A DNA stretch of 64,000 nucleotides from Octopus vulgaris (Eukaryota): assembly GCA_951406725.2 (NCBI GenBank), contig OX597831.1, positions 83,939,318-84,003,317 of the forward strand. The letters are read 5' to 3'. Every line of letters starts with the position of its first letter. The stretch's first letter is position 1. Shown piece after piece: positions 12,195-25,617 of the stretch. The notes under the pieces were generated by a model. That model was not told the DNA's origin, made no database searches, and worked only from the letters and a program-made list of their open reading frames with translations. A program made the position numbers and the translations under genes.

Positions 12195-15100
12195 TATTCC
12201 ATGAAAGAGTTGTTTTGGCATCCTTGAATCCTTCATCCTGACCAGATGACCACTCCATCTGAGCCTTCGCTTTAACACAAGAGCACTTCTACACTTTCAC
12301 ACCGAGAGCCTTCCAATATTTCAAGATCACTGGTGCGGTCCTTCCACTTAATGCCATAGATCCGTCTAAGACACATCTGATGGAAACGATCCAGTTGTTT
12401 AAAGTGGTATCGATATGTGACTCACGTCTCGCAGGCATAGAGAAGAGAAGGGAGCACACATGCCTTGTACACCTTTATCTTTGTCTTTCTGCATATGTCT
12501 CGCCGACTCCAGAGGCGCTTTTCTACCCTTCCGAAAGCAACACTTACTTTCCTAATTCTATGTGGAATTTCATCATCCAAATTGCTATATCTATTGATAG
12601 TGCTTCCCATGTAGACAAACTGATCAACTACATCAAGTCGTTTAAGATACACATAGATATTTGGTACACTATACTGCTTACCAGGGGCAGATTGATGCAT
12701 GACAACAGTTTTCTTGAGATTCACTGTCAATCCTAAGGCAGTGCAAGCATCAGAGAATGCATTAAAAATGTGTTGCATACCAATCTCTGTGTGTGCTACT
12801 AGATCACAATCATCTGCATACAAAAGGTCTCTCATGATAGAGGTAAATGCCTTTGTTTTCGCAGCAAAGTGCCTGATATTAAATATGCTGCCAGAGGTTC
12901 GATAATGGATGTAAACACCGTATCTGCAGTTTCTGAATGCAATACAGAACACCATCGCAAAATATATGGCAAATAGGGTCGGTGCCAGGATATATCCCTA
13001 TTTCCATTTTGTATTGCAATGGGCTCTGACATTTTCCCTCTAACATTCACCCTACCATTCATGTCTTCATGAAAAGACCTAACCAAAGCAAGGAACTTTT
13101 CAGGACACCCACGTTTCTGGAGGACTTTCCACAATGCTTTTCTATTGACGGTATCAAAGGCTTTTGTCAGATCTACAAAAACCTGATACAAATCCAGACC
13201 CTGTTCCACACTTCTCCTGAAGCTGTCTAGCTGAAAAGATTATATCAGCGGTGCCACATCCCACACGAAAGCCAGATTGACTTTCTTGAAGAACACAGTC
13301 TGCAACGTATTTCAGCAGACGATCCAGAAGTACCATGCATAAAACCTTTCCTACAACAGACAGCAATGATACTCTCCTATAATTACCACAATCATTCCTG
13401 CTGCCCTTTCCCTTCCACCATTACTGTATCTCTCCAGTCCTCGTACAGATTCACTAGTCCATATCTTACCAAACAAAGAGTGAAGTTTCTGCAGAAGTTT
13501 CTCACCACCATACTGTAACAACTCCGCATGTATGCCATCCATACCCGGAAACCTCCCATTATTCAACATTGAGACAGCCATTGCAACTTCTTCCAACTTT
13601 GGTGGTTCTGCGAGTGCTGCCTTCACAGGTAATCCAGGGATGAGATTGAGAACATCCTCACTAACTACAGACTGCTGATTCAAATGTTCATCAAAGTGTT
13701 CTTGCCACCTTCGCAGAATTCCTTGTGAATCACGAAGAAGTTATTTACCATCCCTGCTTCGGAGTGGTGTCATCAGGGAAGACGTCGGTCCATAAACTTC
13801 TCGCAAGAGACCATACTACAGCTTTGTGTTATTGGAATATGATACCGCCTGTATCTCACCAGCCTTCTTACTCCACCACGTATCCCTCATCTCTGAGAGC
13901 CTTTGCCTCAGACGTGATTTTACATCCTTGAGTTCCCTATGCAACACTTCCCTTTCCTGTAGCTTTGCTGACAAATAGCGTGACAAAGTACGTCTTTTAT
14001 CAGCCAATAAATCATCTATATGTTCATCATTTTCTTTAAACCAATCTTGATGCTTTCTTTGTATCAATCCCAGTATCATAAACTGACTTTTTAAGGGTTG
14101 GCCAATCCTCCCCAATATCTACAGCATTCATTTCCTCTCGCAAAGTTCTCTTCACACTATTACACCTAAGACGATCAACATCCAGTCTTTTAGGCAGGGT
14201 AATCCCTGCAGCTCGGATTTTATGTTTTGTGACTAATTTCACTTTTGCACGTACTTGGCGGTGGTCAGTTCAACACTCAGCTCCACGAAGAACACGAACA
14301 CACTGCACATCCTGTCTGTCACACACTCTAACAAGGATGTATTCCAGAATATGCCATTCTTTGGATGCAGGGTGCATCCATGTAGTCTTAAACTTATTCT
14401 TTTGTTGAAACATGGTATTGGTAACACACAGACGCAGCTCCTCACACATCTGCAGCAAAACCATGCCATTACTATTACGCTTCCCCACCCCATGCTTTCC
14501 AATTACAGTCCATGTGTTAAAATCCCTACCCACTCTAGCATTAAAGTCACCCAGTACGATGACTGCCCGAGGGATATTTCTTATAATTCCCTTCAAATCA
14601 TGGTAGAAAGAAAGTTTTTCGTCATCAGTATAGAACATAGTTGGAGCATACACACTCACCAAGGTCATATAATTTCCTTTAACCAATGGAATTCTCATGG
14701 ACATAAGACGCTCGTTAATTCCGACTGGGAATTCTTCCAACTTGTCCACAAGAGTAGTCTTATCAGCAAATGCCGCTCCAGCTTCTCCTCTAAACTCTTC
14801 ATTCTTCCCTTTCCAAAAGAATGTATGTTTTCCACAAGATTCTGTAAGATGACCATTTCCAGGTAATCTCGTCTCAGATAAAGCAACGACGTCAAGATCA
14901 TAGCGTTGAAGCTCCTTCGCAACAAGCGCAATCCTTCTTTCAGGACATTCAGTGGACTTGCGGTCAAGTAGTGTCCGTACATTCCAACAGCCAATATTCA
15001 ATATTTTCTTTGGTTCTATCACAGCAGCATGATGACGGCCGGGTTCAGACTGTGATGCTCTGGAGCCCCTGCCGGGCCAAACTCTTTCAGCTGATGTGGT

Positions 15101-15744
15101 TCCAGAGTCCTTACTGCCATTTATTTTTATACTGTTTTAGTACATCATTGATTTTTTGCTTTTTAAGGCTACAGCCAGCCATTCAGTTGAGACTCACAGC
15201 GCCATCAACAATCATGAATTAGTTAATCAATTTAATCAATCAATCAATGTTGTTATCGTGCAATGCCTGTGCAAGAAGATTTATTTTTAAAGTGAGGAAA
15301 GGCTGTGCACTGAGTCAGTCCCACTCACTAAGCAACAGCAGCCATAATCCGAAAAGAAGAACAAGTCAACATCATCGGTAACCACTGAGCCGCAGGTTTT
15401 ATGTCAGAGTCATCCCAGTTACTTGAGTTACCTTCTCCTAGATAGATGCCCTAACAAAGGCTATGAGTCCTTCACTCCCAATGGTTTAACCGCGCGATCG
15501 GGTATTCAGTCCGATTATTTCCGGTGCATGATACAGCCTTAAGACATTTATTGGATGGCTGATGACTCTCAAGAATTTCTCCGCCCTTTGACGGGTTTTG
15601 TTTTTCATCCCGCAGGGTGTCCAATAAACACCTTCCTCACCAAGCAAGCTTGGCTGGGTTGCCAGTTTAGTCGCCGACGACACGACCATGCAACAGGTTG
15701 TACTGGGTTACAAGTTACCAGTAGCACTTGAAAGTGACCTGACA

Positions 15745-15745
<1 letters not shown>
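12195..15745 (-). mobile_element. Near full-length degenerate RTE-clade LINE (5' UTR, APE endonuclease, RT)
   Basis: 14270-15022 encodes an APE domain (IGCWNVRTL, LSETRL, VYAPT, LGDFNARVG). Frameshifted RT fragments follow (FVDLTKAFDTVNR, LLYADD, LLYACET, RLRWSGHLVRM..RMPKQL). The 3' end is lost in a microsatellite. Confidence 0.92.
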
Positions 15746-16049
<304 letters not shown>

Positions 16050-16050
<1 letters not shown>

Positions 16051-16635
16051 TACATACATTCATACATATACACGTGTAGATACCCACATACGCATATATA
16101 CTATCTAAAACGAAATGAAAACCTGATTAAGTCCAAAGGGCAGTACTAGATATTGTTAGTAATTTATATAGTTGTGGGGTGTAATTAAATGTAAATTATA
16201 AGCTAGTCAATGTTTATTCGTTTAAGTTAGCAGCAGAAAAGTTGCCTGTGTATGTTTGTCTCTTCCTGTGCGAATGCAAGTGTGTCCTCCGCAAGCGAAA
16301 AACAAACACACTTACATATTAAACTTTCATGTCTTTTTTTTTTTATAGGCTTCAAGGGAAGTAACTCTAGAATATATTGTAGTTATCTCCCGTGAATATT
16401 TAGTTAAGAGAATACACACTTTTGTCGATATTTTCTATTTTACTCACTTCATTTTTTCAGTTATTTGACTGTGGCCATGGTGGAGCAGCGCCCTTTATTC
16501 GAGCAAATCAACCCCAGGACTTATACTTTGTAGGCCTAGTATTTAATCGATCAGTCTCTTTTCCAGAACCGCTAAGTTACGGGGACGTGAAAGCACCAGC
16601 ACCAGTTGTCAAGCGTTGTTGGAGGGATAGACGAA
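16050..16635 (+). repeat. Diverged ~0.55-0.6-kb direct repeat, copy 1 (partner at 21085-21640)
   Basis: cacgtgta.atacccacatacgcatatatactatctaaaac...aagggaagtaactct...agttatctccc is followed by a SINE family 1 fragment in both copies. Confidence 0.8.
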
Positions 16636-16670
16636 CAAACGTATATATATATATATATATATATATTCAT

Positions 16671-16715
<45 letters not shown>

Positions 16716-16736
16716 CATACATACACGCACACACAC

Positions 16737-16773
<37 letters not shown>

Positions 16774-16794
16774 CATACATACACGCACACACAC

Positions 16795-16838
<44 letters not shown>

Positions 16839-16844
16839 TTTTTC

Positions 16845-19555
16845 TCTTGTTTCAGCTCAGAGCTGCGGCCATGCTGATGCACCACCGTTTTGTGCTGCAC
16901 TGTTATTGCGAAGAACCTCGTCTAATATGTGGCACTTGGTGAAGAATGGAGTTTCATATAGCTACTCTCATTTGCACCTCTTGCCGTGAGGTAGGTTCAT
17001 CTGGGACTCTCGGCAGGAAGATGTCCAGCTTTGATTTAAAAACCGCTACATCTACTTTGTGCAAGTTCCTCAGACTCTTTGGGAGAATATTAAAAAGCTG
17101 TAGGCCCTTGAAACCCAGGCTGTTGCAGAAGCTGGTCCTGAAGCGTGATGGCATTGCTGGGATCTTTGGCACTATGCAGTGTCGTCCCGTTCTAGCATTG
17201 GTGTAGCTTACATTGCCAAAATTTGGCACAATTCCTCCCAGGATCTTCCAGACATATATTACTGCATACCTCTCCCGTCTTCTCTCCAGGGAGTAGAGTC
17301 TTAGCTGTTTCAACCTTCCCCAGTAGCTGAACTGTTGCAAAGAGACGATCTTCTTTGTGAATCCTCTCTGGATTGCTTCAAGGTCCGCTGTTAATTTTAC
17401 ACTGGTGGGTGACCATAGTTGTGAGCAGTAATCCAGGCGGCAGAGGACGAATGTCCGCCAGAGGACCATCATGGTTTCTTTATCTCTGGTTCTGAATGTT
17501 CTTAGGGTTAGAGTTAGGGTTAGCCAGTCGTCTGCACTTTGTCGCCATCCTGGTAATGTGCACTTGGAAAGAGGTATCATCACTCATGTCGATACCCAGG
17601 TCCCTCACAGACTTAGGCTCTGGGATTGAAATTCCCTGTAGACCGGTGTATCCTGTAAGTTTAATATTCAGTTTGGATGCTGGTAGCGCAGGGCCTGGAA
17701 TTTTTCAGCATTAAACTGTATATTATTATCCTCAGCCCATCTGTAGATTGAGTCCAACTCCTGCTGCAGGTGTGCAACATCGCTGGGGTTCTGTATTTTC
17801 CGCGAGACTTTCGTGTCGTCTGCATAGCTGGCCAGAGTGGCTATCCGGGCATTTGAGGGCATATCTGAGAGGGCCACTATAAAAAGCAGTGGTCCCAAGA
17901 CAGTGCCCTGTGGAACACCGCGCACTATTTGTGTGTTCATAGAGGTGGCTCCATTAAACACTACTGCCTGACTCCTATCTTTCAGGAAGTCATGCAACCA
18001 CACTCCAAGTTTTCCAGCTATGCCGAGGTCACGCAGTTTGTGGCATATCATACCATTATCCACCTTGTCAAAAGCTTTTGCAAAATCAAGGTAGATTACG
18101 TCCACATTTGATTTGTTGAGTAACTGCCTCAACACCGAGTCATAATGTTGTAAGAGCTGGGTCAGGCAGCTCCTAACTGGTCGATAACCATGCTGGGTAT
18201 CACTCAACAAGTTATTTTCCTCAAGGAATGCGATTAGTTTCTTTCTGACTATCCGTTCCATGACTTTCCTGATGTGTGAAGTCAGAGAGATAGGCCTATA
18301 GTTTTGGGTATCTGCTCTACTTCCCCCTTTATGTATTGGGCATATTATTCTCTCTTTCAGCTTGCTTGGCAGTTTGTCATTCGCAAGAAAGCTCTGGAAG
18401 AGAATCTTGAGGGGTTTTGCCAGGGCATGCTTACACGCTATGAGGAGGATGGCTGGGAAACCATCTGGACCAGCAGCTGAGTTTGTGTCCACTTCATCTA
18501 TGGCTAGTAGAACATCTTTTTCGCTAATGTCAATACATTCTATTGTAACCGCCTCGCTGGTTATAGTTGAGGCGGCAAAGAAGTCCACTGGTTCATTCAC
18601 TTGTCTGTGTTCCAACCGGATGGTAAAGACACTTTTGAACTGGTTATTCAGCATCTCACTGATCTTAGTTGAACTGTCTATGAGGGAGCCATCCTTTTGG
18701 ATGAGGGGTCCTATCTTGAAGTGCACTGAGACTGTTTCTTTCGCGTAAGGAAAGAAGGCCTTTGGGTTTGATTTAATATTTTTTATAACCCAGGCTTCTT
18801 TGTCTGCTTTCTCCTTCACATAGGATTGTTGCAGCCTTTTTTCGATCTCCATCAGTGTTGTTTTTAGGCGGGATGTTTCGCTACTTTTGGGATGTTGGTT
18901 GAGACGATTTGCAACCTTCGTCCATCGTCTCATGAGGATCTTCCTGTCTCTTGGAATCTTGCTCCTATTTGCTTTGGCCTTGTGCTCTGGGACATATTTC
19001 TGGCATACGGCTTGCACAGAAGATATGAAACCTTCTACTTTCATGTCAATGTCTGGTGTGGTGAGACATTCCGGCCAGTCCTCTCTGGGGATCTCTTTTT
19101 GGATCGATTTCTAATCTGCTTTGTGGAAGTTCAGATTGGAGAGATTTCGGGTGCTTCCTTTAGGCTGTATGTCTCTGGTCACTTTTGGACCAAACATAGA
19201 CAGCTCTATTATGTTGTGATCTGAAACTGATGTCGGTGTCACTTTCATATCATGAATGATGTCCATATTGTTCGTGAAGCAGAGATCCAGAATGTTATTC
19301 GCCCTAGTTGGCTTGAGTACAATTTGCTCCATGAATAAGGCATTGGTGAGGTTGAGCAGGGGCTCCACCTGTACTTGCTTGCAATGATTCATTCCTGAGA
19401 GTATGTGACCTTCGGGCCATTTGACGTTGGGGAAGTTGAAATCACCGATAAGAAATATGGTCACGTGGTGTTCCAGATTCATGAGGATTTCTTTAATTAT
19501 TGTGAGGCAATCATCAAACTTGCCTGTGTGATTTGGGGCATCCGGTGGGCAATAT
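16845..19555 (-). mobile_element. CR1-like LINE A (C-terminal half of APE, RT, 3' end), frameshifted
   Basis: Motifs include GDFNFP..LDLCFTN..SDHN, AGPDG..NYRPISLTS, YLDFAKAFDKV, GVPQGTVLGPLLF, YADD and LYSLERRRER. A 3' stem-loop tail lies at ~16848-16890. Confidence 0.92.
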
Positions 19556-20922
19556 GTATTATGCTTCATTTCCTTTATTGCTGCTAAGACATCAGGAGCG
19601 CCAAAGGTTATGACCGATAAAGTATATTGGGGAGTAACATCACTGATACAGCCCAGATCAGTCATATCAGGATTGCTGAAAACAGAGCAATATTGTTTCT
19701 GCAATATCTCTCCCATGGTTTTGGCATTGTCTTGAAGAGTACCATTTTCATCAATCAGAGGGCCAACAGTAGAACCAGTGACTCTGTGTATTTTTGCAAA
19801 TGAAAAGAACACTTTGGGATTGAGTTTGATCTTCTCAATGGCCCAGGACTCTTCAGCTCTTCACTGACTATTGATGATAGACATCATGTTGTTTTGGAGT
19901 TTATGTTTTTTAATCTCTAGCGACGAGATGGCAGTCAGGTTGGTGTGTTGCTGTTGACAGTATTTCAGCTCGTTGATTTTTTTGTTAATTCATTTAATTT
20001 TCCTGATGAGATATTTTCTATTTCTAGGGATTCGACACTTAGATTTGTTTGCAGATCTTAATGGGGTGTGGTTTGCACATATGTTCGTAATGGTGTCTAC
20101 AAATGACTGCCAGGACTTTTTGATGTTAGTGGGTGTGTATGTGTGCGTGAAGGACCAATCGACTTGTGCAAGATCATTATTGATCGCTTCCCAGTTTGCA
20201 TTGTGGAAATCCATAGTGTCAAATGAATGAACAGGAGGGATGACATTTGTTTTGCATTTTGGCCGGTGAAATCTCAGATCACAGAGAACCATGTCATGAT
20301 CAGAGAGTAAAGTTTTCTCCACTGCAATATTGTGGATAGTATCAGTGTGATTGCTGAAAATTAAGTCTAAGAGGTTTTTGTGACATCTCGTTGGTTCGAG
20401 CACCAGTTGGGACAGGAAGAAATCATCCATGAAGTCAAGAAGCGATTCCACTGCCTCCCTGTCAGGGGTTGAGAGAGAAGAACCTGACGGCAGACTGTTT
20501 GTAGACCAGTCAACCCCGGGAAGGTTGAAGTCTCCCATCATTAAAATGTTGTCAGGTTGACACTGCTGAATGAAACACTTTATGTTGTTGAGGCATTCCT
20601 TGAAGCAAGGTAGGGGCGTTTGGGGTGGTCTGTAGAGCCCAACTACTGTTAAGTTGTTGGTTTGACTGAATACAGCGACTGCTTCGCAGTATCCATTGGA
20701 AAATATGTTCATAGCTTCTGTTGAGAATGAATCATGAACATAAATGGCAGTCCCACCCTTTCTTCTGCCAGCACGATCAGCACGAATGGCTTTGAAATTT
20801 TTAACTTTCACCTCGGCTTCCAAGTGGAGGTTACTAAGATGGGTTTCAGTGAGGACGAAGAAAGGGATGTGGTTTGGATGGGCATCGACCCAGTCCTCCA
20901 GGAATTTTATCTTCCATTTTTT
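19556..20922 (-). mobile_element. CR1-like LINE B fragment (APE endonuclease and linker, no RT), fused to LINE A
   Basis: ORF 19990-20823 encodes an APE domain (RADR..GGTAIYV, LYRPP, MGDFNLP, LDLIFSN, SDHD). The pre-RT linker (VGPLID..QYCSVFS) runs to ~19556. Confidence 0.88.
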
Positions 20923-21017
20923 AGTATATATATATATATATATATATACATAGGTATATACCTACATATATATATATATATAAAATTATAAATTTATGAA
21001 TATATATATATACATAC

Positions 21018-21078
<61 letters not shown>

Positions 21079-21084
21079 CATAAA

Positions 21085-21640
21085 TACATGCATTCATACA
21101 TATACACGTGTATATACCCACATACGCATATATACTATCTAAAACAAAATAAAAACCCGATCATGTCCAAAGGGTAGTACTAGATAGATTTCGGGTGTAA
21201 TTAAATGTAAATTATAATGTTTATTTGTGAAAGTTAACAGCAGAAAATTTGCATGTGTATGTTTGTATCTTCCTGCGCGAATGCAAATGTGCCCTTCGCA
21301 TGCGAAAAACAAACGCACCTACATCTTAAACTGTCACGTCTTTTATTAATATGTAAAGGGAAGTAACTCTAAAAGTTGATTTTTCAGTTATCTCCCTTAC
21401 TGATGTAGTTAAGAGAATATAAACTTTTCTGGTTATTTTCTATTTTACACACTTAATTTTTCAATTATTTGACTGCGGCCATGGTGGAGCAATGCCTTCC
21501 TTCGTGCAAATCGACCCCAGGACTTATACTTTGTAGGCCTAGTATTTAAACTATCGGTCCCTTTTCCCGAACCGCTAAGTTCGGGGAATTGTACACACCA
21601 GCACCCGTTGTCCAACGATGTTCGAGAAATAAACAGACAT
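21085..21640 (+). repeat. Diverged direct repeat, copy 2 (partner at 16050-16635)
   Basis: Collinear similarity with copy 1. Confidence 0.8.
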
Positions 21641-21657
21641 TACAAACACACACACAC

Positions 21658-22595
<938 letters not shown>

Positions 22596-22601
22596 TATAT
22601 T

Positions 22602-22823
22602 CCATGCCGCAGCAGCGCCTTTATTCGCGAAATTCGAACCCAATACTTATTTTTTGTAGGCCTAGTATTTAATCTATTTTCTCTTATGACGAAACGCTAA
22701 GTTACGGGGACATGAACACACCAGCACCGGTTGTCAAGCGGTGTTGGAGAGATAAACAGACATACAAACGTGTATATATATATAGCCCCCCCCACACACA
22801 CACATATATGTATATATATGTTT

Positions 22824-22872
<49 letters not shown>

Positions 22873-23032
22873 TGTGTGTGTGTGTGTATGTTCCGCCTAT
22901 CAATTCCACTCACAAGGTTTGGTGGCACGAGTCTATAGTAGAAGACACTAGCCCAAGATAACATGCAGTGGGACTGAACCAAGAACACTGCGTTTCGTAG
23001 GGAAGCTACTTATCACACAGCCATTCCTACGC
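22602..23032 (-). mobile_element. SINE family 1 with internal microsatellite
   Basis: ctaagttacggggac..acaccagcaccggttgtcaagcg...ctatagtagaagacac...gggactgaacc, as at 400-775. Confidence 0.7.
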
Positions 23033-23036
23033 CTAT

Positions 23037-23121
<85 letters not shown>

Positions 23122-23413
23122 AATATATCTCAGTGGGGGGTTGCCTGCTTACCAACCACATTGTTCCTGGTGCAGTCCCACCGCGTGGCAGCTTAGACAA
23201 GTGTTTTCTTCTCTCGTCCCGAGTCGACTAAATCCTTATTTTGTTGATGAGGAAACATATGTACAACATTAATCCATTATTTAGTTGTAATTTAATTTCA
23301 TAACGTTGACTGTGGTGCTATTTCTATGTGGAATATAGTCGGCGACTTTGACCGGTGGGTCTATGTCTAGCACATAGAGCTAACATACTCAAAGTTGGCT
23401 CTCTAATATTTAC

Positions 23414-23462
<49 letters not shown>

Positions 23463-23464
<2 letters not shown>

Positions 23465-23770
23465 TTATGGCTGCCCCCTCATCATCGAGTATGGCCATTG
23501 CACGAAGCTTAACTGTTACTGGAGGTGTGATCGAATGTGACTTTTTAGCCCAGTCTTGTACAGAATTGGCAACTAAAACCTTTACCGGTAATAGCCGGCT
23601 GTAGTTGTAACTGGGCTTCATGTACCTTTGCATGTCGTTTATGTCCTCCTGCCGAATTACACTCTCTTCCACATGCCCGACAGATATGATTAGTATGGTG
23701 TGTTACACCACCCCCAGTGGCCACGTTGTCACTCATCTGTCTCGTTTTATGACTACGAAGTCTATTCCTG
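23463..23770 (-). mobile_element. 3' fragment of an RTE-like LINE with C2H2-like motifs
   Basis: CRACGREC..HKRHAKVH and CQFC..(frameshift)..SHIRSH precede a short 3' UTR. Similar Cys/His tails end RTE-clade ORF2s; the assignment is by resemblance. Confidence 0.55.
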
Positions 23771-24942
23771 TATGTATGTATGTATGCATGCATGTATGTG
23801 CGTATATGAGTATGTCTATAACAATAATATATGCATACATATGCATATGTATTATATATTTATATATGTATACACACATAGATACATACATACATGTATA
23901 TACACACACATACATACATACATACATACATACATACATACATGCATACACACCCATACCTACATACATACATGCATACACACCCATACATACATGCATA
24001 CATACCCATACATGCATGCATACGTACATACATACATGCATGCATGCATGCATACATACATACATACATACATACATACATACATACATACATCACAAAC
24101 GCATACACATGTCATATGTGTGTATTGAATAAATTTGAATAATTGTGTGTATGTGTGTGTGTGTGTATGTGTGTGTGTGTGTGCATTTGCGTGTGTGTTT
24201 GTGAGTGTGTGCGCGCGCGCGCGACAGAAAGACAGACAGAGAATGAGATTGAAGCATCTACTTTCTAATCCAAAGTAATATAATTGTTTCCATATTGTGT
24301 TTATGACGTCACAATATCGTTGACGTTTTTTTTTTTTTCGTGAGATTTGGTTTGAAAACTCTTCAGTCTCTTTCAACCTTTCTCGGTGATTAGAGGCTAG
24401 GGAATGTGTGCGCCAGGGGGCGTACCCAGACATCTGAAGACTAGGGTGAAGTAACAGACATCTTCAGCTTGTTTTTGATGTTTGTGAGGTTGTTTTATGC
24501 ACCTTTGAGTTCTTAAGCACCCAATCTAACATGCTGGTTGGTAGCATAACATAGTGACAAGGTTTCCGGTAGCATTCCTGTACCCGGATGAACTGTTAAC
24601 CAGGCCATTTCAGGAGAGAAAACCTGGGGGTTCCAACCAGGAACATATACCTCACTCGCAATACATTCAATAATATATTTTATTATAAATAGTGAGAAAG
24701 TAAAGAATGTGACGTTAAATAATAAAGATGATGGAAACGAAATACTGCTTCCTCAAGTTATAATCATTCGTGTGTCAAGAAAATATACTTATAAACATGG
24801 TAAGTATTTAAATGAATATAAAAAATATTGTCTGTTGCTATTAAACTGTTTGAAGATCTTTTTAAGAGATTTTTTTTTATAGTAAAGCAAAATAAATTCT
24901 TCATTAGATGTTCGATATTCTGCTTATATCACTATTTTTTGT

Positions 24943-25169
24943 TCCTTCTCGAGTCATGCCTGGCTCATGAGGGTCGGTTTCCCTCTTTCATTGGCGTATA
25001 GGTTCCCTACCTGGACAGGATACCGGTCCCTCGCATGTGAGCTGCTAGATGCAGGAGGAAAGTGTGAGAGGAAGTTGTGGTGAAAGAATCAGCGAAAGTT
25101 AACTATTTCATTACCTTCTGCCGGAGCCACGTGGTGCTTATGTGTTTTGCTCATAAACCATAAACACAC
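24943..25169 (-). mobile_element. SINE-like element split by the LTR-b insertion (head continues at 37043-37122)
   Basis: It ends in aaacacac at the LTR start. After each LTR-b the sequence resumes cacac..ggtctgagattcgaacccgcg..tctaaccactagg, a reverse-complemented tRNA-like B and A box. Confidence 0.65.
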
Positions 25170-25617
25170 TGTGGTGTGTGGTGAAGGAGTGTGACGGATG
25201 GGGGAGAGCGGAAGTGGGGCTTGGGGAGAATGAGATGGACTGGGCAACAGGTGGACGTGTTTGCCAATGAGCTTAGAAGACTGGCTAAATTGGCGGGTTA
25301 TGAGGGAGTGTAGTGAGTGTGCGCGATTTGAATATAGAGGCACCTACCTTCTCTTCGTAGTGACGGAGATCCTCCCGAGATGGCTGGTCCTTCCTCACAG
25401 CCCCTACCCGAACACTAACGATAGCAGCTGCTAGCCCCAAACCCTTTAGCGACTTCCTCGCACGTCTTGTCACCAGCACAACCCACGTTGGAAAGGTCAA
25501 CTTCCGCCCTCTGCGCGCGCTTGACGGCTGACCCCTTCCGCTTGCCCCAGCTTCCGGTCAACGCACCCCGCTGGCTGACGTCCTGCTGCTGACGTCATCC
25601 CACACGCCACCCTGATC

